Of a DNA stretch of 64,000 nt, positions 1 through 7,033 are shown one piece after another; position 1 is the stretch's first letter, and every line of letters begins with the position of its first letter. The stretch covers positions 1 to 64,000 of the IMG/VR virus record IMGVR_UViG_3300025889_000092. One strand, given 5' to 3'. A program made the translations under genes and the position numbers. This stretch comes from a virus. The notes under the pieces were generated by a model that saw only the letters and a program-made list of their open reading frames with translations, searched no databases and had not been told where the DNA came from.

Positions 1-186
1 CCACTGATCGTCGCCCAACCAGGCAAGACGTTTGTAAAGTGTTTCGATCTGATCGCGGGTTAGTAGACACTTCTCACCTGAAGCATCGGTGTACATGAGG
101 GGAACACCAGACACACAAGGCTTAGATTCACCCCAGGAGAGGATAGCTTCAGCCAAGAATTTGCACTCGGTTTGAGATAGTTTCAC
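1..186 (-). CDS. hypothetical protein (runs off window edge)
   Basis: GTG start at 186 overlaps the stop of the upstream gene (GTGA); frame stays open to the window edge: MKLSQTECKFLAEAILSWG... Confidence 0.55.
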   Translation of the reverse strand, partial: MKLSQTECKFLAEAILSWGESKPCVSGVPLMYTDASGEKCLLTRDQIETLYKRLAWLGDDQW

Positions 187-389
187 AGTGATTTCCTCCG
201 ATTAAGTTCGTCTGCGTAGGTAAAAGCTTGGTCTTCGTAGTAACCCTCACGCACAGGATTAACCTTGCGCAAGTTAGCTGCAGCCTTCCTGCAGTCTGTG
301 ATGATGTAGCGCAGAGAATAGGTATCTAAAGTCTCTGCGTGAGATCTCCACTTAGAGAAGTCTTCCGGCGTGGCATAGTCAGGTCGCAT
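183..389 (-). CDS. hypothetical early protein
   Basis: 68 aa ORF tightly packed in a leftward run of small genes. Confidence 0.7.
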   Translation of the reverse strand: MRPDYATPEDFSKWRSHAETLDTYSLRYIITDCRKAAANLRKVNPVREGYYEDQAFTYADELNRRKSL

Positions 390-391
390 GA

Positions 392-709
392 TCAGATCTC
401 CCAGTAGTTGCCAAGTTCGAACTCAGCTTTGAACGCGTTAGCTATATCTTCAGCGATAATCATGCGCAGATTCTTAGGGAATGTGTTGCGCAGAGATTGT
501 GTCATCGAGCCGTGGCACATCAGGTAATCCTTAGCTGCAGGAAGTACCAAATTGCGCTCGATAAACTTAACAGCACGTTCGTAATCGTAGGTGCCCTTCT
601 TGTGAAACTTGGAGAGACATTTGCCCACTGAGTTGTAGTGAGCAGATGAAAAGTTGGTCGAGTAAAGTTCTAGCTCTACTCGAGCATCTTGATCAACAAA
701 AACAGTCAT
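392..709 (-). CDS. hypothetical early protein
   Basis: ATG at 709 preceded by AGGTG SD-like sequence; first gene downstream of the long structured leader. Confidence 0.75.
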   Translation of the reverse strand: MTVFVDQDARVELELYSTNFSSAHYNSVGKCLSKFHKKGTYDYERAVKFIERNLVLPAAKDYLMCHGSMTQSLRNTFPKNLRMIIAEDIANAFKAEFELGNYWEI

Positions 710-794
710 GAGAATCACCTGTAATTTGATAAACAAATGGAGGGAAAGAATCCCTCAGTGAGCCTACAAAGCTCAGGGAGAGAATCTAGCTCGA

Positions 795-824
795 TGATCT
801 AATTTGATCCAATGTGATCTAATT
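795..824. repeat. 3 x 10-bp direct repeat TGATCYAATK
   Basis: TGATCTAATT TGATCCAATG TGATCTAATT. Confidence 0.7.
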
Positions 825-849
825 AAGAACAACCAAGCGGACAAGGTAC

Positions 850-886
850 AAACTAAAAGGCCCCTCACAGACAGAAACCGTGAGAG
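850..886 (-). terminator. terminator-like hairpin near the 3' end of the leader
   Basis: Minus strand CTCTCACGG-7nt-CTGTGAGGG followed by GCCTTTTAGTTT. Confidence 0.4.
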
Positions 887-1297
887 AAAAAGTGAAACAA
901 TTTGGCAGGCATGTAGTTAGTTACAGTGCGCAGATTGGCCTCTGACGTATAACTGACCCAGCCATCGCACGGATCGGCGCCGTGGTGATAGGTCAGTGTC
1001 CAGAGTTTGCGTACCTGCACCATAGACAGATACGCTGGACAAAAAATCTGACACGTAACTAACTACAACCGGACCAGTTGGATTGTATTTAGTTGCAACC
1101 TGACGAGGGTTACTAACATTTAGCGTCACTGGTTTGCCTTAGTTACAGACAAGATACCCGCTGACAAGTAGTTAAGAGTGCTTATCCAATGGCCTACTTA
1201 GTTCGGCTGCATTGTCCTAGCTACTTGTGCAAACTATTTGAGAACAACAGTAAGTTGATTTCGTACTAACGTCGCCGCGTTCCTACTACACTTACAG

Positions 1298-1317
1298 CTA
1301 TTCTGTTGTCAAGGTTC
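1298..1317 (-). promoter_or_regulatory. cyanobacterial rrn boxA-like antitermination element
   Basis: GAACCTTGACAACAGAATAG, close to the picocyanobacterial ITS boxA (GAACCTTGACAACTGCATAG as recalled). Confidence 0.65.
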
Positions 1318-1459
1318 GTCAACCTAGAAGCCTTTACAGTTCCGGCGCTCGCGTTAGGTCACACCATGCCTGCCATTGCCTACACTTCAGGCGCTCCCTG
1401 GTGGGAGCCCCCTACCATCAGCGGCAGAGCGTGGGGACCTTTCGGCCGTCCCGGTTCCG

Positions 1460-1478
1460 TCTTCAGCTTTCGAGGTTC
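1460..1478 (-). promoter_or_regulatory. second, more degenerate boxA-like element
   Basis: GAACCTCGAAAGCTGAAGA directly after a 5' hairpin (ATCGATC-7nt-GATCGAT, 1480-1500). Confidence 0.45.
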
Positions 1479-1506
1479 AATCGATCGTTATTTGATCGAT
1501 GAGCAC

Positions 1507-1536
1507 AGCATCGCTCCGGATCGGTGCGAACGTCAA
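1507..1536 (-). promoter_or_regulatory. sigma70-type early promoter
   Basis: TTGACG-18nt-GATGCT; imperfect palindrome with TGTGTGCCAGTTG just upstream (1544-1568). Confidence 0.5.
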
Positions 1537-1959
1537 CCCCTTCCAGCCGGTCTCTCAACTGGCACACAATGGCATGGGGCTCACCTAGTTACAAGAACGA
1601 AACGCACGCGCCCGCGCAAATACCACGCGGCAGGCCCGCAAGTCAAGCTTTGAAATAAAACGTGATAGGTCATCCCCGCTAGAACAGATGTATTAATACA
1701 GCTTCACAATACTAAATGATACATTTAACATAACTTAATGATATTTAAGGGGCAAAGATTTACCCGCAGGATATAAACTTTCCTCCCCGACATTTCTTTT
1801 TTTTCCATAAGGAGCAATTCCGCCGCGCCCGGCGAGAAGTATTTGGTTTTGTAGCGGGAAAAATGGGATGAGAGTTTTGAGTACCAACATACTAACAGCC
1901 CTGACGAAAAAAATTTCGCCGCGTGGGCATAAGCCCTAAATGTTTTACTGGTTATATAT

Positions 1960-2157
1960 TTATCTATTTTTGCTTTCTAGGTCTTTAATTAGGTCTTTTA
2001 AAAACACCACGTAGGTACGGAGCAGGTCCGCCGCGATCAGATGTCGCGTATCCATACTCTCAAAGTAATGTTGATTATGTTTATCTACCGTATCGAGTGC
2101 CGTTTTAATCGTGCCGTTCCAAGGCGCACGCAAAGGCGTGTTCCACTCCCGTGCCAC
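1960..2157 (-). CDS. hypothetical protein of a type seen in cyanophages
   Basis: REWNTPLRAPWN...HL..A..LR.YV pattern. Confidence 0.7.
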   Translation of the reverse strand: MAREWNTPLRAPWNGTIKTALDTVDKHNQHYFESMDTRHLIAADLLRTYVVFLKDLIKDLESKNR

Positions 2158-2343
2158 GGGGCGAAATCAGGGTACTTATTTATGCTAAGACGGGAAATCT
2201 TATTAAAATTTTCGGCTTCAACTTTTAATAAGGAAGCCAATAAGCAGTCTTATTAAAGGTTCAGGCATTTATGAACATATTCAGCACAAAAAAGTTTTAC
2301 ATCTCGTGTCGCCTAGAGTTATAAGATACTTTTAAAGCACCTC

Positions 2344-2493
2344 ATGGACTCTGACACCCTAAAAAAGTGGGAAAAAGTCAAAGATGCGTTAGAAGAAGCA
2401 GGTAAAACGAACAGTCACTTCTACAAACGTGCCCTAATAATTCTGAAAACGGGTGCAGATCCTGGACCTGAAGAGTTTTTCAAGAATTTTTAG
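2344..2493 (+). CDS. small cyanophage-type protein (49 aa, not in ORF track)
   Basis: MDSDTLKKWEKVKDALEEAGKTNSHFYKRALIILKTGADP...; W.KVK.ALE.AGKT...FYKRA pattern. Confidence 0.75.
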   Translation: MDSDTLKKWEKVKDALEEAGKTNSHFYKRALIILKTGADPGPEEFFKNF

Positions 2494-2556
2494 GTTTTTA
2501 TGCGGCGCACTAAACCTTTTTTAGCGTCTTAGGCTGGTATAACTGGGAGCCTCCAC

Positions 2557-2871
2557 ATGCTTTCGACGAGCACCCGTCAGAGAGTTGAATTTATCTGTGA
2601 ACGAGTCGCAAAAGGTGGTGAAGTCCAGTTTAAGGACATGGAGTGGATCCAAAAATTGGCTAAGGTCAATCACTCTGTGGAGGCGATGCTTCGCCGAGCG
2701 CGACGTACAGCTATTAACGGTGATGTACCGGAGGGTAGTTTGGACGATTTTATGCAGAAAATGGATTTGGGGGATCCTGATCCGTCTAACCACCTTTCGG
2801 GACCGCAGGATCCGACCACTTTGGCGGAGTGGTTCTCTGAAAAGCGCAAATGGTTCCGTGGAGCGGAATGA
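2557..2871 (+). CDS. conserved cyanophage/cyanobacterial hypothetical protein
   Basis: MLST..R.R.EFIC.R.A.G.EV...DM.W..KLAK...LDDFM..M.LGDPDP pattern. Confidence 0.8.
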   Translation: MLSTSTRQRVEFICERVAKGGEVQFKDMEWIQKLAKVNHSVEAMLRRARRTAINGDVPEGSLDDFMQKMDLGDPDPSNHLSGPQDPTTLAEWFSEKRKWFRGAE

Positions 2872-2881
2872 CTTCTTGTAC

Positions 2882-3091
2882 TTAGTTCAAAGGTTTATCT
2901 TTCAAGTCAGAAAGAGTTTTTATTATTAACTCACTTCGCTCGTCATCTGACAAGCTGTTCCACTCTGAAAGGGCGGGATCGTCTTCATCCCAAATAAAAT
3001 TTACGGTGCAAGACCCATCCTCGTGTTCTTCCGCTACTTCTATGTAAATTGAGGGCAAGTCTTTACTAGAAGTAGGATTTTTGTCAGACAT
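2882..3091 (-). CDS. acidic hypothetical protein
   Basis: 69 aa ORF with ATG start. Confidence 0.65.
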   Translation of the reverse strand: MSDKNPTSSKDLPSIYIEVAEEHEDGSCTVNFIWDEDDPALSEWNSLSDDERSELIIKTLSDLKDKPLN

Positions 3092-3121
3092 AGTGGTTTT
3101 TAGTGTTTTTTTGCAATCAGC

Positions 3122-3322
3122 TTAGACACCTCGTAACTCAATTCCGCTGATCTGATCCATTAGTTTCTTCATCGTCGCTTCACCGGGGTTAGGGATATCT
3201 CCCTTCATAATCATCTCGTAAATAATACGAGCTTCTTCGCGATGCCTCAAGCGATCATCGTAGTCAGATGCAATTGTGGAATCATTTTTATCGGTGTTAA
3301 AAATTGACCCAGCGATCCGCAT
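3122..3322 (-). CDS. hypothetical protein (N-terminal RIAG motif)
   Basis: 66 aa ORF; TAAAAT box 23 nt upstream. Confidence 0.65.
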   Translation of the reverse strand: MRIAGSIFNTDKNDSTIASDYDDRLRHREEARIIYEMIMKGDIPNPGEATMKKLMDQISGIELRGV

Positions 3323-3421
3323 TTGATGTTCCTATTGTCTGTTTAATTTTAGCTAGTTGTTTGCCGCTAAGTGTCTTACAGTGCTGCCGCTATACTAATA
3401 AATAAGAGTTGATCGCTTCTA

Positions 3422-3718
3422 ATGCTCCACCAGGGTGCTGGTTACCGTTTAGGTGCTGAACAGGAAGCCGAAGAACTGACTAAACAAGGTGTAGATTTCC
3501 TGAATAGCTACATTCAGAGCTCTTTTTCTGCTCCTACCGAGATCGCGGGCGGGATCCCCGTGGGCCAAGACCCCATTTTCCCGATGGCTCAGGATGAGTT
3601 CCGTGATTTAGTTTTGCAGCGGATCGACAGGCGTGAAGGCAATGCCCAGAAAGCTGCCGATCGATTTGGCGGTTCTTTGATCAACGCCATTCGATCCGGT
3701 CAGCTCAAAGGGGTTTAA
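3422..3718 (+). CDS. hypothetical protein
   Basis: 98 aa ORF; TATACT box 25 nt upstream. Confidence 0.7.
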   Translation: MLHQGAGYRLGAEQEAEELTKQGVDFLNSYIQSSFSAPTEIAGGIPVGQDPIFPMAQDEFRDLVLQRIDRREGNAQKAADRFGGSLINAIRSGQLKGV

Positions 3719-3798
3719 GGTTTTCTTTAACCTGTAGGAAATAAAAAGATCCCACCAGGAGCCTAGGTGAGTCCCCTATTGTCAGGGGAATCTCATAG

Positions 3799-3981
3799 AT
3801 GGGCATGGAAGCCGAGTTCCCCTCAGAAAAACTTGTTGCGTCTATGAGCAAATTAATAGCGCTCTCGTCTGGCTGTGAGACACCATCTTTTCCACGAGCC
3901 AGCACTGTGCGTAAAACGCCCCAATACGGTCTCATGTCCAGCCTTACATGGGATGAGAACGGGGAACTTGATATTAAATAA
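3799..3981 (+). CDS. hypothetical protein
   Basis: 60 aa ORF (alternative ATG at 3805); start lies in the loop of a hairpin at 3785-3825. Confidence 0.5.
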   Translation: MGMEAEFPSEKLVASMSKLIALSSGCETPSFPRASTVRKTPQYGLMSSLTWDENGELDIK

Positions 3982-4069
3982 CCGTAATTATTTCTTAACT
4001 TCTTGTGTAGCTTAATAAACGGTATCTAATACTACCGTTTTCTAGTGTAATAGTAGTCTCCTTAAGGGC

Positions 4070-4234
4070 ATGACTACTATTACGTATCGCGGTGTACAGT
4101 ACGACCGCGAGCGCCACCATGAATTATTCAGGGACTGGTGGGCTCTGATACACCGAGCTACGCTTTGGCTCTGTTACAGGGGTATAAAGTACAGGCCCGC
4201 CACCCAAAACCACGGTGGACCTTCGGTTTTTTGA
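4070..4234 (+). CDS. DUF4278-like small protein (54 aa, not in ORF track)
   Basis: MTTITYRGVQYD...LCYRGIKY: two YRG-x-x-Y motifs typical of cyanobacterial DUF4278 peptides. Confidence 0.75.
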   Translation: MTTITYRGVQYDRERHHELFRDWWALIHRATLWLCYRGIKYRPATQNHGGPSVF

Positions 4235-4356
4235 CCTACGCACCCCTCAAGGCAGCAAAAGACTGCTTTTCTTTGTGACTTAAGCGTTTTTACCGTTTTC
4301 AGGAGGTAATCCCGTACGCACTGTGTTATTATATGAGTGTCTCATAGTTACATCAC

Positions 4357-4692
4357 ATGAAAACCAAAGCCCCTGTTGAGCTCAAGTCTCGTCATCTACC
4401 GCTTTTTGCGCTCGCGTGGCAGTCTTGGAAGCTTTTAGACACTGGATCTCAGATCCTGATCAAAGGTTCCGTGCTTGCGCTTGCTTTTTTCCTTTGCGGC
4501 GTGGCCATTTCTAATGGACCGCTCGTAAACGAGGAGACTCGGATCCGAATGCGAGCCGAAGATGAGTGTATTGCGGAAGGTCTCAGCAACCTTGACAACG
4601 ATAGGTACAGTGTGTATCGCTTGTGTAAGGCCTATGCCCTGCGGTACGCAAGAGAAGCTGTGTCTCCTTCTGAGACAAAAATGATTTATTGA
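4357..4692 (+). CDS. hypothetical membrane protein
   Basis: Hydrophobic segment ILIKGSVLALAFFLCGVAI. Confidence 0.65.
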   Translation: MKTKAPVELKSRHLPLFALAWQSWKLLDTGSQILIKGSVLALAFFLCGVAISNGPLVNEETRIRMRAEDECIAEGLSNLDNDRYSVYRLCKAYALRYAREAVSPSETKMIY

Positions 4693-4726
4693 GTGTACTA
4701 GCAAATACGTTGCCCTGAGGGAGTTC

Positions 4727-4969
4727 TTGTGCTTTACTTCAGTGCGAGGACAGCCCTCTTACATCGTGTCTCAAGGCCTTCAATTTTTCACCTGCCCAGT
4801 TTGTCAAAAGTTTTTCTATCTAAAGGGGGCAAAATTACGCGTTTGGACTGCTCGAGCGGTCCGTAACCCTTCCACTCCTGGTCCTTACTGCAATTACAAG
4901 TGCTCTTCGTCGCACAACGCTGCGAAAGCAACAGCAGCACGGAAACTAAAAGACAAAGTAAAGACGTGA
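4727..4969 (+). CDS. small zinc-finger protein (true start may be GTG ~4766)
   Basis: CPVC...YCNYKC. Confidence 0.6.
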   Translation: MCFTSVRGQPSYIVSQGLQFFTCPVCQKFFYLKGAKLRVWTARAVRNPSTPGPYCNYKCSSSHNAAKATAARKLKDKVKT

Positions 4970-4988
4970 GTCTTTCTTGTTTGAGTGT

Positions 4989-5020
4989 AATAGGGTCTTT
5001 CTGTAGCTAAGGACCCTATT
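4989..5020. other. stem-loop upstream of the tRNA pair
   Basis: AATAGGGTCTTT-8nt-AAGGACCCTATT followed by TTT. Confidence 0.5.
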
Positions 5021-5036
5021 TTGTGTACCTTTTACT

Positions 5037-5112
5037 GCGCATCTAGCAATCTGGTGAATGCAGTCGACTCATAATCGACCTTAGGTGAGTTCAATTCTCG
5101 CGATGCGCACCA
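5037..5112 (+). tRNA. tRNA with CAT anticodon (elongator Met or Ile2), CCA encoded
   Basis: Acceptor GCGCATC/GATGCGC, anticodon arm GTCGA-CTCATAA-TCGAC, T arm GTGAG-TTCAATT-CTCGC, ACCA end; lacks initiator features. Confidence 0.92.
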
Positions 5113-5113
5113 C

Positions 5114-5197
5114 GCCTCTGTGACGGAATAGGTATACGTAACGCACTTAAAATGCGTCGCTCTTTAGGGCTTGCGAGTTCGAGTCTCGCCGGAGGCA
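5114..5197 (+). tRNA. tRNA-Leu(TAA)
   Basis: Acceptor GCCTCTG/CGGAGGC, anticodon arm ACGCA-CTTAAAA-TGCGT, long variable arm, T arm GCGAG-TTCGAGT-CTCGC. Confidence 0.95.
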
Positions 5198-5213
5198 CTT
5201 TTTATTAAAGACC

Positions 5214-5597
5214 ATGGTTTTCCCCGAAGATTTTCAACAAACGCCTTACTTGGAGTGCCCTTCTTGCGGCGAAAAACAGTTTAAGGTCATCGAAAGTCGT
5301 CTAACTGGTCAGCACCGACGACGCAGAAAGCGATGCCTCTGTGGGTATGCGCAGACTACGTATGAAGTAACTCAAGAGTATTTCAAAGACGCGGAGAATG
5401 CTTCTGCTGTTCTGGAACAGTTCCGAAAGTTACTTGGCGTTTCTTCTTTTCAAAATACGACTTTTTCGGTTGAGTCAGAAAAATCGTGTGAAGATTGTGT
5501 TCACATGCTTAGAGCAGGGTGCGCTTTCGATTTCCCTGAGGCGGGTACTTCCTACGCTTCAGAGTGCATTCACTTCGAATCGACAAACGATGACTAA
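5214..5597 (+). CDS. NrdR-like zinc-ribbon protein
   Basis: CPSCG...KVIESR...RRRRKRCLCG...TTYE as in the NrdR N-terminus; C-terminal Cys cluster. Confidence 0.7.
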   Translation: MVFPEDFQQTPYLECPSCGEKQFKVIESRLTGQHRRRRKRCLCGYAQTTYEVTQEYFKDAENASAVLEQFRKLLGVSSFQNTTFSVESEKSCEDCVHMLRAGCAFDFPEAGTSYASECIHFESTNDD

Positions 5598-5889
5598 AGC
5601 AGTTCAATCCTTTGAAGTCGGTGACCGTGTGGCGGAACGACCGAAAAATTCCCTGATTCAATTTACGACCAAAGAAGGTCGTCAAAGAGCCACTGCTAAT
5701 TCGGGTCAGCGTTATGGGACCCTTGTCGAATGCGTCCTCAAGAAGAACGCTCGTAAGGATGAAATTAGGTACTGGTTAGTACTATGGGACGGCTCTAAAA
5801 CGCCTTCTTTGCACTGTCAGGGGCGTTTGTGCAGGATCGAAGAGCATGCAGCTATTGCGCATGATTACAGAGAAGGTTTAGGAATCTAG
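5590..5889 (+). CDS. hypothetical protein (SH3/KOW-like)
   Basis: ATG 5590 overlapping the upstream gene end; FEVGDRV...G.....V.WDG. Confidence 0.7.
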   Translation: MTKAVQSFEVGDRVAERPKNSLIQFTTKEGRQRATANSGQRYGTLVECVLKKNARKDEIRYWLVLWDGSKTPSLHCQGRLCRIEEHAAIAHDYREGLGI

Positions 5890-5891
5890 AA

Positions 5892-6149
5892 ATGTGGGTC
5901 GCCTCTTTCTCGGATCTGCCTCTTTATATGCGCCACGTGATCAGCATGGAGCGTGTCGGCACTTGGCGGCGTTTAGGAAAGCTTGAGTATGGAAAGCACT
6001 ATTTGACTCTCGAAGAGGCTCAGAAGTTTAATTTACAAGTTACGGGGCTCAATCCTCGTATTGGTGTGAAACAACGTTTTGTCTATAACCCAGAGACACT
6101 TTTTGAGTTTTTTAAAGATAAAACCTACACCACCAGAAAGCCGCGATGA
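5892..6149 (+). CDS. hypothetical protein
   Basis: 85 aa ORF in operon-like packing. Confidence 0.65.
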   Translation: MWVASFSDLPLYMRHVISMERVGTWRRLGKLEYGKHYLTLEEAQKFNLQVTGLNPRIGVKQRFVYNPETLFEFFKDKTYTTRKPR

Positions 6150-6319
6150 GAAGACAGTACTGGTGGGTTGTTGTTGCCCGAGCACTGGGTGATAAAGCAC
6201 ACCATAACGACCGTGTGGCCGATCATGTTGCTATTGTAAGGTTTTCAGTCTTACTTGCTTACATGATTACTAATGTTTTCATTTGTGCTGGAGTTATTCG
6301 TCATTGGAACCAACTATGA
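6146..6319 (+). CDS. small cyanophage-type membrane protein (57 aa, not in ORF track)
   Basis: ATGA overlaps at both ends; ARALGDKA...ADHVAIVRF...ITNVFICAGVIRHW. Confidence 0.75.
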   Translation: MRRQYWWVVVARALGDKAHHNDRVADHVAIVRFSVLLAYMITNVFICAGVIRHWNQL

Positions 6320-6759
6320 GCTCTTGGGATCAACGTTTTCTTGATCTTGCGCAGCATATTGCTCAGTGGAGCAAAGACCCTTCTACTCAAGTCGGTGCTG
6401 TCGCAGTGCGCGAACGACGGGTGCTAGCTACGGGGTACAACGGATTCCCTAGAGGTATAGCCGATTTACCCGGTCGCTTGAACGACCGTAACGAGAAACT
6501 TCTTCGTACTGTCCACGCTGAGGGGAATGTTGTCGCTCAGGCTGCTCGAAATGGAGTTTCCCTGGACAGAGCGACCGTTTACGTCTGGCCGTTTATTCCC
6601 TGCAACTCCTGCTGCACGTTGCTGATCCAGGCAGGGATCAAGCGTGTGGTTGCCCCTGATATGCCTATTCCCGACCGATGGAAGCAAAGTTTTGATCTCT
6701 CTATAAAGATGTTCAAGGAAGCGAGTGTAGAACTTACATTGGTAGAAATTGAGTTTTGA
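6316..6759 (+). CDS. dCMP deaminase
   Basis: WSKDPSTQVGA, TGYNGFPRG, HAE.N and PCNSC zinc motifs; start at MSSWD. Confidence 0.93.
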   Translation: MSSWDQRFLDLAQHIAQWSKDPSTQVGAVAVRERRVLATGYNGFPRGIADLPGRLNDRNEKLLRTVHAEGNVVAQAARNGVSLDRATVYVWPFIPCNSCCTLLIQAGIKRVVAPDMPIPDRWKQSFDLSIKMFKEASVELTLVEIEF

Positions 6760-6850
6760 AAATGTCCCACGAGGACACGGTCGCACTCGTATCCACAATA
6801 TGTTTAGCGCTATTTCTAGGTATCTTGTATTTGGGCGCCGGAATCAAGTA

Positions 6851-7033
6851 ATGGAACTTCCTTCAGTCGAAACTTTTACGCTTGAGGATGGGTGTGTCCG
6901 CGTCCAGGTAGGGGACCAATCAGGCGTGGTGAGTAGTTTTCACCTTGTTGAGCCCAAGGCCAATCAGCTTAAAGATGCTTGGATTCGAGCTCATATGATG
7001 CAGGACCCCGACTTAAGCGGAAGCGCTGTCTGA
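6851..7033 (+). CDS. hypothetical protein
   Basis: MELPSVETF...GVVSSFHLVEPKANQL. Confidence 0.6.
   Translation: MELPSVETFTLEDGCVRVQVGDQSGVVSSFHLVEPKANQLKDAWIRAHMMQDPDLSGSAV

Larger units (their letters stand above)
760..1500 (-). ncRNA. candidate large structured RNA or antiterminated leader
   Basis: No credible ORF; many nested helices whose imperfections are G-U wobbles only on the minus strand; perfect 13-bp inverted repeat 912-924/1055-1067 closes a multibranch domain. Confidence 0.55.

Noticed and set aside
912-1067. Retron msr-msd suggested by the 13-bp flanking inverted repeat
   Set aside because: No reverse transcriptase in the window and no long msd hairpin; kept only as a domain of the larger RNA.
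1432-1478. Hammerhead-like core on the minus strand (ACCUC...CUGAAGA...GAAAGGU)
   Set aside because: Only 5 nt (GAAAG) are available for stem I and stem II would close with C-C, so a canonical hammerhead cannot form; the segment is better explained as boxA plus a GAAA-tetraloop hairpin.
917-1653. ORFs 917-1129(-) and 1306-1653(+)
   Set aside because: Non-ATG starts, no SD, atypical composition, and they overlap a promoter, boxA elements and dense RNA structure.
3985-4069. Glutamine riboswitch upstream of the DUF4278-like gene
   Set aside because: The conserved CGUUCA...GGAACG-type elements are not visible.
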